Notes: generated by a model from the sequence alone, not told the origin. 64,000 bases of DNA from Chloroflexota bacterium (GCA_036752825.1 DAIORV010000003.1:3674-67673); one strand, 5' to 3'. Counted from the first letter of the stretch, positions 20,144 to 29,470 are shown. Translations and numbers: made by a program.

Positions 20144-20166
20144 AGAACGAATGTTCTAATATAGCA
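20144..20166 (-). promoter_or_regulatory. Extended -10 promoter (TGcTATATT) with adjacent LexA/SOS box AGAAC-N4-GTTCT
   Basis: Plus strand AGAACgaatGTTCT at 20144-20157, directly abutting the -10 at 20158-20163. Confidence 0.78.
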
Positions 20167-20177
20167 TGCCGTTTCGT

Positions 20178-21047
20178 TCAGGAGATCTGGCGCAAGGCCA
20201 TGAGGCAACCAACCCCGAGAAGTCCAGCGGCGGGGGCGAACAGTTTGAAGAGCAGCAGTCGCGCCGGTCTCTCGGTCGTGTTGCGGGCGACGATTGCAGC
20301 GACTCCAGCTACGACAAGACTTGCAATCAGAACCGTGGCCGCTGAAACGGAATGAGCAGCCACAACCAGAGCAGTGCCGGCGAGAGCGCTAAGCGCGTAC
20401 AGAGTGAAGATGGTTGGGACGAGTCGCCGTTCTCCGAGAACCACGGCAAGGTTGCGGACTCCCATCTCGCGGTCCGTCTCGAGGTCCGGCGCAGCGTTTG
20501 CAAGATGGGCGGCCGCAATGATTGGAGCACCGGCTGCGTAGACGAGTAGAAAGCTGAGATTCAGCCGAGAGTTGATGAGCCATATCCAGGTCAGCAGACC
20601 CATGAAGCCCGCTAGATAGCCGGCGACGCTAAATGGTCCCCTGCTAAGCCAGAGGTCGTAAGCCCATCCACCTGAGGTTGCGAGCAGAAGGACGATCATC
20701 GACGGCCATCCGAAGGTGAGCGCAAAGAGCGCCGAAACCAGTGCCGCGGAAACAGTCAAGACAAGAGCCGATCGCTCTGTCGCCTGGCCGCAGGCGATGG
20801 GTTTGTCGCGCTGGAAAATCCGGTCAATATCCTTGTCGACGTAATCGTTGAGGGCGCCTACCGAGGCCTGGCAGAAGAGCACGGCGGCTACGGCGCGGAG
20901 AAGAAACGAACCTCCGGGGTATCCCCCATGAGCTACGAGGACCAGTGCCGCGGACGTGAGAACCACGATCGACACCGGAAACGGATGAACGAGTCGAGCG
21001 ATGGCCCAGGCACGAGACAGGGGCGTCACGGCAGCCGCCCCACCCAC
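20178..21047 (-). CDS. UbiA-family prenyltransferase
   Basis: Asp-rich motifs NDYVDKDID (followed by DKPI) and NAAPDLETD, multi-pass hydrophobic. Confidence 0.88.
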   Translation of the reverse strand: MGGAAAVTPLSRAWAIARLVHPFPVSIVVLTSAALVLVAHGGYPGGSFLLRAVAAVLFCQASVGALNDYVDKDIDRIFQRDKPIACGQATERSALVLTVSAALVSALFALTFGWPSMIVLLLATSGGWAYDLWLSRGPFSVAGYLAGFMGLLTWIWLINSRLNLSFLLVYAAGAPIIAAAHLANAAPDLETDREMGVRNLAVVLGERRLVPTIFTLYALSALAGTALVVAAHSVSAATVLIASLVVAGVAAIVARNTTERPARLLLFKLFAPAAGLLGVGCLMALRQIS

Positions 21048-21101
21048 GATAGAGTGCTAGGCTGATCTCGAAAGCTGCAGCTGGCCGGAGCAGAACGAAA
21101 C

Positions 21102-21929
21102 ATGGAAGTTGTAATCGGGGATCGCACGATCCCTTATCTCCTCAAGGGCTCACGACCGGGAACAATTGTATTCTTGCCCGCCCTTGGAACCCGAGCATCC
21201 ATGTGGTCCAAGCAGATCGACCGCTTCTCCGACAGGTACACGGTGGTGGCGCCGGAGCTGGGAGGGCATGACTCCACAAGTTCCGGCGCTAGTTTCGAGG
21301 ATCTGGTCAGGGATCTGGAGTCGGTATTGGGGGCGACCGGCGCAACGTGGGCACATGTCGTAGGGATCTCTTTGGGGGGGATGATCGCTCAAGAATTCGC
21401 GCTCCGATGCCCTGAGAGGGTGCTTTCGCTTACGCTCGTCAACACCACCAGCCGCTACTCGGAGGAAACGCGTGAGGCGTTTCGCCGGAGAGCGAAGACC
21501 GTGGAGCAGGAGGGAATGTCTACAATCGCGGAGAGCGTGCTGCAGCGCTGGTTTACGCCAGCCTTCCTCCAGTCGCACTCAGAAGAGCTATCGACGGTAA
21601 GAAGTATGCTCCTCAAGGCCGACCCTCACGCCTATGCGTCGATGGCGCGAGTAGTGGCCGATGTGGACACCTACGAGCGTCTGCCGCAGATCGAGGTTCC
21701 GACATTGGTGGTAAGGGCCGATGAAGACGCGAGCATGCCAAGCGAGGCCTCCGGACAGCTAGCCGCCCGGATTCCCAATGCTGAGCTGGCTCGAGTTCCA
21801 CGGTTGGCGCATCTGTTTCCGGTAGAGGGTCCGGAGGCGTTCGACGCTCTTTTTTCGCCTTTCCTTGACCGAGCCACCAAGCTGGGCGTCTTGGACTGGG
21901 AACGCGAGGAGCCCGCGCACGCTTGGTGA
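21102..21929 (+). CDS. Alpha/beta hydrolase (PcaD enol-lactonase-like)
   Basis: GHDS, nucleophile GISLGG, RWFTPAF, IEVPTLVV, AHL. Extended -10 TGcTAGGCT upstream. Confidence 0.85.
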   Translation: MEVVIGDRTIPYLLKGSRPGTIVFLPALGTRASMWSKQIDRFSDRYTVVAPELGGHDSTSSGASFEDLVRDLESVLGATGATWAHVVGISLGGMIAQEFALRCPERVLSLTLVNTTSRYSEETREAFRRRAKTVEQEGMSTIAESVLQRWFTPAFLQSHSEELSTVRSMLLKADPHAYASMARVVADVDTYERLPQIEVPTLVVRADEDASMPSEASGQLAARIPNAELARVPRLAHLFPVEGPEAFDALFSPFLDRATKLGVLDWEREEPAHAW

Positions 21930-22007
21930 TCAGGCCGCCAAGTAGACTCTTTCGTGCCCGCATTGACCCGCAATAGAAGGGGCAATCGCTGGGAGGAGTC
22001 AGGAAGC

Positions 22008-22193
22008 ATGCAGGACATCAGCCGAGCAAAGTATGTTCAGCTGCGACGCGAGGGCGGCCACTTCTCAATAGTCTTGCTGGACGAGAACCGTGAGGAGATC
22101 GGGCACGGCTACCGAGGGCCGACAGTAAGACGAGCCGAGGCAGATCTCAAATACTGGACGCGCGACAAGAAGCTGGAACAACTACCGGACTAG
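22008..22193 (+). CDS. Hypothetical 61-aa protein
   Basis: ATG after GGAGGAG/AGGA, fills the gap up to the metK 3' end. Confidence 0.6.
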   Translation: MQDISRAKYVQLRREGGHFSIVLLDENREEIGHGYRGPTVRRAEADLKYWTRDKKLEQLPD

Positions 22194-22211
22194 CGGTCGA
22201 CCCAGGAAGAT

Positions 22212-23432
22212 CTAGGAGGCGTGAGCAACGGCTGCGCCGGCAGCCATTCGCAAGTCTTCCGCCTTGTCGACCTGCTCCCAGGGCGCATCTATGTCACTTC
22301 GTCCAAAGTGGCCGTAAGCGGCGGTAGCCTGGTAGATCGGGCGGCGCAGCCTGAGATTTCGAATGATAGCGGCCGGACGAAAGTCGAAGAACCGCTCAAT
22401 CAGTGAAAGGATCTCTGCGTCGGAGACACGCCCCGTACCAAACGTCTCGGCCATGATCGAGAGAGGCTGGGCCTTACCGATCGCGTACGATACCTGGATC
22501 TCGAGGCGCTCTGCCAGCCCGGCAGCGACGAGATTCTTGGCGACATATCGCGCGTAATAGGCGGCCGACCTGTCGACCTTTGTCGGATCCTTGCCGGAAA
22601 AGGCTCCTCCACCATGTCGAGCCATGCCCCCGTAGGTGTCCACAATGATCTTGCGCCCGGTGAGCCCAGCGTCGCCGTGCGGACCACCGATCACGAATCG
22701 GCCGGTCGGGTTGACAAAATACTTGGTGTCTTCGTCGAGCATCTCAGGAGGAATTACCTCCTTGATCACCAGGTCTCGAATGTCGGTTGCGATGTCTTCC
22801 TGCGTGACGTGATCATCATGCTGCGCTGAGACGAGCACCGTGTCGACGCGATACGGCTTGCCGAACCGGTATTCAACAGTGACTTGCGCCTTCCCATCGG
22901 GCCGCAGATAGGGAATCGACCCGTCGCGTCGAGCTTCAGAGAGACGGCGGCAAAGCGCCTGCGCCAGTGAGATTGGCAGGGGCATCAGCTCCGGCGTCTC
23001 CGTGCAGGCAAAGCCGATCATCATGCCCTGATCGCCGGCCCCAATCTGATCGATCTGCGCGTCGGAGTTTGCCGCTTCAATTGCGCGATCTACCCCCTGC
23101 GCAATGTCCCCGGATTGCTGATGCAGCCTCAGGTCGACGTGACATGAGGAGGACTCAAACAGCAGTTCACCACGGTCGTAGCCGATCTTGGCAATCGTGT
23201 CGCGAGCGATCTGTACCGGGTCTATATCAGCGCTGGTCGTGATCTCGCCAAAAATCAGGACGTATCCAGTGGCGGCGGACGTTTCACAAGCCACCCGCCC
23301 GTTCGGATCCTGAGTAAGCACCGCGTCAAGAATCGCGTCGGAAATCTGGTCACAGACCTTGTCCGGGTGGCCCTCGGTGACCGACTCAGATGTGAAGAAC
23401 AGCTGGGGGGACTGCATAAAGGTCGTCGTCAT
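22212..23432 (-). CDS. metK: S-adenosylmethionine synthetase
   Basis: [69 protein letters not shown]. Confidence 0.98.
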   Translation of the reverse strand: MTTTFMQSPQLFFTSESVTEGHPDKVCDQISDAILDAVLTQDPNGRVACETSAATGYVLIFGEITTSADIDPVQIARDTIAKIGYDRGELLFESSSCHVDLRLHQQSGDIAQGVDRAIEAANSDAQIDQIGAGDQGMMIGFACTETPELMPLPISLAQALCRRLSEARRDGSIPYLRPDGKAQVTVEYRFGKPYRVDTVLVSAQHDDHVTQEDIATDIRDLVIKEVIPPEMLDEDTKYFVNPTGRFVIGGPHGDAGLTGRKIIVDTYGGMARHGGGAFSGKDPTKVDRSAAYYARYVAKNLVAAGLAERLEIQVSYAIGKAQPLSIMAETFGTGRVSDAEILSLIERFFDFRPAAIIRNLRLRRPIYQATAAYGHFGRSDIDAPWEQVDKAEDLRMAAGAAVAHAS

Positions 23433-23527
23433 CGATTCTCCTCAAAGGCAGAGGCCTCTGCAACGCACAAAATCTTGTTATTATACCGGCCCGGGCTGCC
23501 GCCGCGGGCATCGTGTACGCTATCACA

Positions 23528-25246
23528 ATGTCAGAGCAGAGGCCGCGTCGAGTACGTGCGACAGCTCGAACGTCGAGTCGAACTGCTTCATCTTCGCAAT
23601 TGCGAGATCTGGGTCAGGTGCCGCGTCGCGAGGACACTCGAGGCCATCCGCGCCCGACGCTCGGCTATCTTGTTTTCACTATCTTTCTGGTGGTCAGTGC
23701 TTTCGGCGCGGGGTACGCGGCTCTGTCGCTGCATCACCGTTCGAACATCAACGCTGCTGCCCCATTCCACCCCGCCATGCGGGCCGTTATTTTCGTGCTC
23801 GGCGGCTACTCCGGTACGCAGCTACTCAATCCTGCGTTGCCGAACCTGTCCGCGCTGGCGACCCAAGGCGTCGCCTATCCAAACGCGTGGGCCGGGGAGT
23901 TCCCGACTTCACCCGCCACGCTGGCGGCCTCGCTCGGGACAGGGCAATTTCCAAGTCATGACGGAATGCTGGGTAATGAGTGGGCTGACGTACGAACTCA
24001 TCAAGTTGTGAATCCAGTGGGCTTGCAGCAGGTACTGACGGGCAGTATCGATCAAATCCTCGAGCCCACGGGCACGTCTTCTCTGGCATCGATCGTCAAG
24101 GCTCACCGTCCTAACTCCAAGGTGGTGGCAGTCGGGGGGGCAAACTGCGCCGCGGCTTCCGCCGCCGCTTCCTGGGATGCCGACTACGTGGTGTGCGCCG
24201 GACGAAGTGGAAAGTACTGGAAGCCGGTTTACGTCGCCGGACACAGCCTCCCCGCCGGCGTGCTCGGCCGCGAGGATCGCGTTCGAGTGCCCCGGGGCCG
24301 CGGTTTGGCCCTGTCCTTAGAGGGCTGGTCCTTGGGTAGCCAGGATGACTGGGTGGCGCGTGAAGCCGCAAAGGTGATGAGAAGAGTCGCGCCCGACGTG
24401 ACCTATGTCCTACTTCCAGAACCCGATCTGTTGAGCCAGTATGCGCCGCCCGATCAACGAAGCGGCGTCATGTCGCACCTTCTGACCGGCATCGACCGGG
24501 ACATTGGCATGGTGATCGGAGCCACCAGGGCCATGAAGTCGTTTTCTTCCACGGTGTTCGCCGTTGCCTCGACGCGTGGCTTTGAGCCGATCGCGTCGAA
24601 ACTAACTCGGCGCAAATTCACGGACGCCATCATCGGAACGGGGACGCAGTCGACGTACCTCTGGGCCGATGGCGCGGCAATGCTAGGTCTCACCGATGCG
24701 TCCCAGGCTGAGGCAGCGGCACAGGTCATACAGTCTGAGCGGATCCGGGCCATCGACGGGATCTACTACAAGGTGCGCCAGACGAAGACCTGGTCCTATA
24801 AGGCCCAGTACATCAATCCCGACATGCCCGTCAATGTTGCTGACGCCCAGTCCTATCTGCTGAACACGGAAGCGGCAGCCGGATCCGCGGAGGTGGTGGC
24901 CGTGTACGGACCACACACTGGGACACGTGGCGACGTTCTTTCAGGTCACACGCGGACTGGGACGGGAATGGGCCTTCAATGGGACAACCAGCACGGATTT
25001 CTTCTCCTTTCCGGCCACGGGGCGAATGCAGGGATACGTTCGTCATATGCGGCCCGGATGGTCGACCTAACGCCGACGCTTGCCGCGCTGCTCAACCTCC
25101 AGACGACATCCATAGATGGAAGCGTCTTGGCGGACGCTATGTTCCGGCCAACGCCCGGATCGTCGGCACGTCAAGCTAAGCAGGCCCCGCGCTGGACGAT
25201 CTTAACGCGTGCGTTGGCGGACTGGGAAAACCGGCCCGGATTCTAA
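23528..25246 (+). CDS. Membrane-anchored AlkP-superfamily paralog lacking catalytic residues (probable pseudoenzyme)
   Basis: N-terminal TM (GYLVFTIFLVVSAFGAGYAAL). Colinear with 1397-2971 but LDG>LGG, NTPPSH>SPATLA, ADHG>STRG, GGH>GTG. ATG lies 6 nt after TACGCT. Confidence 0.8.
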   Translation: MSEQRPRRVRATARTSSRTASSSQLRDLGQVPRREDTRGHPRPTLGYLVFTIFLVVSAFGAGYAALSLHHRSNINAAAPFHPAMRAVIFVLGGYSGTQLLNPALPNLSALATQGVAYPNAWAGEFPTSPATLAASLGTGQFPSHDGMLGNEWADVRTHQVVNPVGLQQVLTGSIDQILEPTGTSSLASIVKAHRPNSKVVAVGGANCAAASAAASWDADYVVCAGRSGKYWKPVYVAGHSLPAGVLGREDRVRVPRGRGLALSLEGWSLGSQDDWVAREAAKVMRRVAPDVTYVLLPEPDLLSQYAPPDQRSGVMSHLLTGIDRDIGMVIGATRAMKSFSSTVFAVASTRGFEPIASKLTRRKFTDAIIGTGTQSTYLWADGAAMLGLTDASQAEAAAQVIQSERIRAIDGIYYKVRQTKTWSYKAQYINPDMPVNVADAQSYLLNTEAAAGSAEVVAVYGPHTGTRGDVLSGHTRTGTGMGLQWDNQHGFLLLSGHGANAGIRSSYAARMVDLTPTLAALLNLQTTSIDGSVLADAMFRPTPGSSARQAKQAPRWTILTRALADWENRPGF

Positions 25247-26436
25247 GCCGGCGACCTCGAAACCGAGAGATCGTTAAGGGCCATAAGCTTTGGTACGACA
25301 CGTCTTAACGTCTCCATGCGCTTGGGAAACGCTATGCGCACCTGACCTCGGCCAAACTCGGGTTTGCTATAAAAGCTGCTGCCCGGCACCACGGCCACTC
25401 CGACATCCTCTACCAGGAGGCGAGCAAAGTCCACGTCCGATGCAAACCCGAGACCCGAGATGTCACACATGGTGTAGTAGGCGCCTCGGGGCGCGATGGG
25501 GCGAAGGCCCGCCTTTTGCAGTGCATCGATGATGAAGTCACGCCGTTCTTCATACGCGGCACACAGCTTGTGGTAGTAGGAATCGGGGAAGCTCATGGCC
25601 AGGGCGCCGGCCGCCTGTAGTGGAGCGGCCGCCCCCACCGTAAGGAAGTCATGAACCTTGCGAATCGCTGAGGTGAGGTCTGCGGGGGCGATCGCGTATC
25701 CCACTCTCCAGCCGGTGACGCTGAAGGTCTTCGAGAGGCCGTTGATGAGCACGGTACGCTCGCGCATGCCGGGCAGAGTCGCAATCGAAACGTGCTGCAG
25801 CCCGTCGTACACCATGTGCTCGTAGATCTCGTCAGCGAGAGCGATCGCGTTCCACCGAACGCATAAAGTCGCGATGAACTCGAGCTCATCTCGAGAAAAG
25901 ACCTTGCCGGTGGGGTTGTTCGGGGTATTCAAGACAATCGCACGTGTCCGGTCGCCGAACGCGGACGCAAGCTCATCCCAATCAAAGGACCAGTCCGGCG
26001 CACGCAGAGACACGAACTTCGGCGTCGCGCCGGAGAGTATGCAATCCGGCCCATAGTTCTCATAGAACGGCTCTAGAATGATGACCTCGTCGCCGGGGTT
26101 GACGATTGCAAGCATGCTGCTGATCATCGCCTCGGTTGCTCCACAACAGACGGTTATCTCAAGCTCAGGGTCGATATCGAGTCCAAGCCAGCGCTTGGTT
26201 TTTGCCGCTATACCATCACGAAAATCCTTGGCACCCCACGTGATCGCGTATTGATTGACATCCCCCTGGATCGCGGCAGCTGCTGCGTCTTTCAGCTCCT
26301 GCGGCGCCGAAAAGTCCGGGAATCCCTGCGCCAGGTTCACGCCGTCATCCGGGTGATGCACTGCCAGCAGTCGGGTCATCTCGCGGATTACAGACTCTGT
26401 AAAGCCGTTAGTTCGATCCGCCACTCGACCGGTCAT
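25243..26436 (-). CDS. Class I/II PLP-dependent aminotransferase
   Basis: NLAQGFPDF, NTPNNPTG, DEIYEH, SKTFSVTGWRVGY. Confidence 0.93.
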   Translation of the reverse strand: MTGRVADRTNGFTESVIREMTRLLAVHHPDDGVNLAQGFPDFSAPQELKDAAAAAIQGDVNQYAITWGAKDFRDGIAAKTKRWLGLDIDPELEITVCCGATEAMISSMLAIVNPGDEVIILEPFYENYGPDCILSGATPKFVSLRAPDWSFDWDELASAFGDRTRAIVLNTPNNPTGKVFSRDELEFIATLCVRWNAIALADEIYEHMVYDGLQHVSIATLPGMRERTVLINGLSKTFSVTGWRVGYAIAPADLTSAIRKVHDFLTVGAAAPLQAAGALAMSFPDSYYHKLCAAYEERRDFIIDALQKAGLRPIAPRGAYYTMCDISGLGFASDVDFARLLVEDVGVAVVPGSSFYSKPEFGRGQVRIAFPKRMETLRRVVPKLMALNDLSVSRSPA

Positions 26437-27275
26437 GCGACTACGGAACCTTCGTGCTGCAAGAGGCTAAGCTGGCGCGGCCTCGGAGCTCCTGTCCACC
26501 GGAGGGAGGGACGGTCGCGCTGCGCTACCTCGACGTTTAGCGTCATTCCTTCTCCCTGAAGAACTCTCCTGACAGTACGAAGTGCCAGGAGCGGCGTGTT
26601 GTTCTCCTTACTCAGATGAGCGAGCCACACGCGAACATCGGGTCGTTTCACGTGCTTGACAATGATGCCCCCGGCCTGCAGGTTCGAGAGATGACCTCTC
26701 GGCCCTCCCACGCGTCGCCTCAGGTGATAGGGATATGGTCCTGTCTGCAGCATGTGCAGATCGTGGTTTGCTTCTATCACCACCAGGTCCGACTCAGATA
26801 CCGCGTCCCTGAGGTCGCCGGTCGCCTTGCCGGTGTCGGTAGCGATCGTCAACGTGCGCCCTTGACTTCGCACGAAGAACCCCACATGCCTTATGGCGTC
26901 ATGCTCGAGCGGAAAACTGGTCACTTCAATGTCCCCGAACCTCCTTGTTTGCCCGACCGGCATGGCGTCGACGGAGGCCAGATGAGCCAAGCCGCACGCG
27001 CGAAGTACCTGTTCATTGGCAATCACTGGAGTTCCGTGCTCGGAGGCCAGCTCTTCGGCTCCGACGCAATGATCACGATGTTCGTGACTCACCAGAACTG
27101 CAGAAAGATCCGAGGTGGCAATGCCCTCGGACGCAAGATACTTGGAGAGACGAGGAAGCCGAAGACCCGCCTCGAATAGAAGGGTCGCCGTGTCCGTCCG
27201 AAGCACGAACGCATTGCCTGAGCTGCCACTGGCAAGCACGCGAAAGACAAACAAGTCTTGCGGCCCTTCCTTCAC
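26433..27275 (-). CDS. Metallo-beta-lactamase fold hydrolase (YycJ/WalJ-like); start may be TTG 27254
   Basis: LASGSSGN, SHEHRDH, HDA, ATDTG, EANHD, GHLSN, LAHLSKENN. Confidence 0.9.
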   Translation of the reverse strand: MKEGPQDLFVFRVLASGSSGNAFVLRTDTATLLFEAGLRLPRLSKYLASEGIATSDLSAVLVSHEHRDHCVGAEELASEHGTPVIANEQVLRACGLAHLASVDAMPVGQTRRFGDIEVTSFPLEHDAIRHVGFFVRSQGRTLTIATDTGKATGDLRDAVSESDLVVIEANHDLHMLQTGPYPYHLRRRVGGPRGHLSNLQAGGIIVKHVKRPDVRVWLAHLSKENNTPLLALRTVRRVLQGEGMTLNVEVAQRDRPSLRWTGAPRPRQLSLLQHEGSVVA

Positions 27276-27385
27276 ATTGTGCTGTAGAGTAACAGCCCCC
27301 TGATTGAGGCAGTCAATGCCGTATCATGGGCAAAACTTGATGTCAATTGTTCCGCTACTCCGCGGAGCCTGGGGAGGGTCAGCGC

Positions 27386-27646
27386 GTGACCTACGTCATT
27401 ACCGAAGCGTGCATTGGAGTAAAAGACGGCTCCTGTGCGGACGTTTGCCCGGTAGAGTGCATTCACACTCGGCCCGACGACGACATGTACTTCATAGATC
27501 CCGACGAGTGCATTGATTGCGGAGTCTGTGTGCCAGAGTGCCCGGTGGACGCCATATATCCGGAAGAGGAAGTTCCCGACAAGTACGAGCGCTTCACCGT
27601 GATGAACGCTGTTTATTTCGACGGTCCGGGAGAGCAGTTCAAATAG
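27386..27646 (+). CDS. 7Fe-type ferredoxin (FdxA-like)
   Basis: CIGVKDGSCADVCPVECI and CIDCGVCVPECP. GTG start after GGGAGG. Confidence 0.93.
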   Translation: MTYVITEACIGVKDGSCADVCPVECIHTRPDDDMYFIDPDECIDCGVCVPECPVDAIYPEEEVPDKYERFTVMNAVYFDGPGEQFK

Positions 27647-28728
27647 CGACGCTGCTGGTCTGCCTTTTCGGCGATCTCGGCGACACTATTCTCACCGTCC
27701 CGGCCGTGAGAGCACTCAGGAACCGATATCCGGAGAGCAGGCTGGTACTGCTGGCGAAGCCGGAGTCTGCAGCATTCGTCGCGCGGCTCGGGCTGACAGA
27801 CTCAACTATTGAGATTGACAAGCACGCCTTTGACCGGGCGCGCGATCTCTCGCGTCCCACAAGTCTGCTCGCTCTGGCAAAGCTCAGCAGACGGGTACGA
27901 GCTGAACGAGCAGACACGATCGTACTGTTTGGCCATCTCGCTAGCTGGTTTGGCGCGCTCAAATACGCGTTGCTTGCATTTGCTACCGGCGCCAGGCGCC
28001 GCGTTGGCCTCGATAACGGACGAGGTTGGTTTCTGACCCAAGCTGCCAAAGATGAGGGCTTCGGGGTCCGCCACGAAAGTGAGTACTGGTTGGAGGTTGT
28101 GGCGCTGCTCGACGCTCGAGGTCCTGCTGTCCTCGAGGCTCCAATCTCGGATGAGGAAAGGGAGCGGGCTGGTGCGCTCCTTGAGCCCCTTCTGACAGAG
28201 TCGGGACCGTTGGTAGCCGTCCATCCGAGTACCGGCTGGTATGGTCCGGGCCGCAAATGGGCCCCAGAGCGCTTTGCACGCGCGATAGATCTGCTTGAGA
28301 GTAGTCACCCGGTGCGATGCGTCGCACTTGGGAGCGACGGGGATCGCCTTGAAATCGACCGCATGCTAGGCGCCATGAGTAAACCAGCGCTGGATCTTAC
28401 CGGCCGCACTTCGGTGGGAGAGCTCGCAGCTGTCCTTGAAAGGTGTGATGTGCTCATAGCGAACGACGGTGGAATCGGACACCTCGCCGCAGCCGTTGGC
28501 ACACCAGTTGTATCGGTTTTCGGTCCCTCCAATGACCGGGCCTGGCGTCCGCTCGGCTCGACGGTGGTGGCCGCGGATCTTCCTTGCCGGCCATGTTTCT
28601 ACCGCGAATTCGAAACTGGGTTGCGGAACGGCTGCGGCACGCGTCAATGTATGCTGCTCGTCACGCCTGACCGTGTTGCTCGGGCAGCGGAAAAACTACT
28701 GGCGGGCGCCGGCTCTCGTGTCGTATAG
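27643..28728 (+). CDS. Glycosyltransferase family 9 (heptosyltransferase-like), probable non-canonical ATA start
   Basis: GDLGD, RRRVG, HESEY, VHP, KWAPERF, DLTGRTS, IANDGGIGHLAAAVGTPVVSVFGPS, C-terminal CRPC...GC...C. Confidence 0.85.
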   Translation: MATLLVCLFGDLGDTILTVPAVRALRNRYPESRLVLLAKPESAAFVARLGLTDSTIEIDKHAFDRARDLSRPTSLLALAKLSRRVRAERADTIVLFGHLASWFGALKYALLAFATGARRRVGLDNGRGWFLTQAAKDEGFGVRHESEYWLEVVALLDARGPAVLEAPISDEERERAGALLEPLLTESGPLVAVHPSTGWYGPGRKWAPERFARAIDLLESSHPVRCVALGSDGDRLEIDRMLGAMSKPALDLTGRTSVGELAAVLERCDVLIANDGGIGHLAAAVGTPVVSVFGPSNDRAWRPLGSTVVAADLPCRPCFYREFETGLRNGCGTRQCMLLVTPDRVARAAEKLLAGAGSRVV

Positions 28729-29470
28729 CCGGTACAGCGTGCTCGGGGTCCCGGTTGATACGGCCACGTCCAGTGACGTGCTGGACTTCGTTCGCGATCG
28801 TGTCGCAGCAAGGGACCCAGCTCGCATCGTTACAGTTAATGCGGAATTTGTGATGCTGAGCCGGCGAAATCGGCGCTTTCGAGAAGCCGTGGCGTCGGCG
28901 GATCTAGCGACCGCCGATGGGGCCGGAGTTGTGTGGGCTCTTCGGCGACAGGGAGCGACTCTACCGGGCAGGGCTGGAGGCTCGGACTTAATTTGGTCGC
29001 TCTCAGAGCAGGCGACACGGCTAGGACACCGAATCTTTCTCCTTGGCGGGGCTGACGGAATTGCCAGGAAGACGGGAGAACGGTTAGCCGAAAGATATCC
29101 GGGACTTGAGGTGGCAGGCGCGTGCGGCGGGTCGCCTCGACCGAGCGAACGGGAGGCCATAGTAAACTTGGTCCGGGAAACGAAGGCCGACATCCTGTTT
29201 GTGGCGTTTGGCGCGCCTGATCAGGATATCTGGATCGCCGAGAATCTCCCGGCAACAGGTGTTTCGATAGCGATGGGAGTGGGCGGCAGCTTTGACTACG
29301 TCGCGGGAGTGGCTCGCCGAGCGCCGCGTTGGATGCAGGATCACGGGCTTGACTGGCTCTGGCGCTTGGCGCGCGAGCCGTGGCGATGGAAGAGGATGAC
29401 CGTCCTACCCACGTTTGCCTGGCTCGTGTTGAGGACTAGGCCTTTGCGGCAGAAAGGATCTCGTGCATGA
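28718..29470 (+). CDS. WecB/TagA/CpsF family glycosyltransferase
   Basis: IVTVNAE, TADGAGV, RAGGSDL, IFLLGG, FVAFGAPDQD, GVGGSFD, RAPRWMQ, GLDWLWRL. GTG overlaps the GT9 end. Confidence 0.93.
   Translation: MSYSRYSVLGVPVDTATSSDVLDFVRDRVAARDPARIVTVNAEFVMLSRRNRRFREAVASADLATADGAGVVWALRRQGATLPGRAGGSDLIWSLSEQATRLGHRIFLLGGADGIARKTGERLAERYPGLEVAGACGGSPRPSEREAIVNLVRETKADILFVAFGAPDQDIWIAENLPATGVSIAMGVGGSFDYVAGVARRAPRWMQDHGLDWLWRLAREPWRWKRMTVLPTFAWLVLRTRPLRQKGSRA

Noticed and set aside
21052-21059. GAGTGCTA CIRCE half-site
   Set aside because: No matching TTAGCACTC half 9 bp upstream. Better explained by overlap with a TGcTAGGCT promoter.
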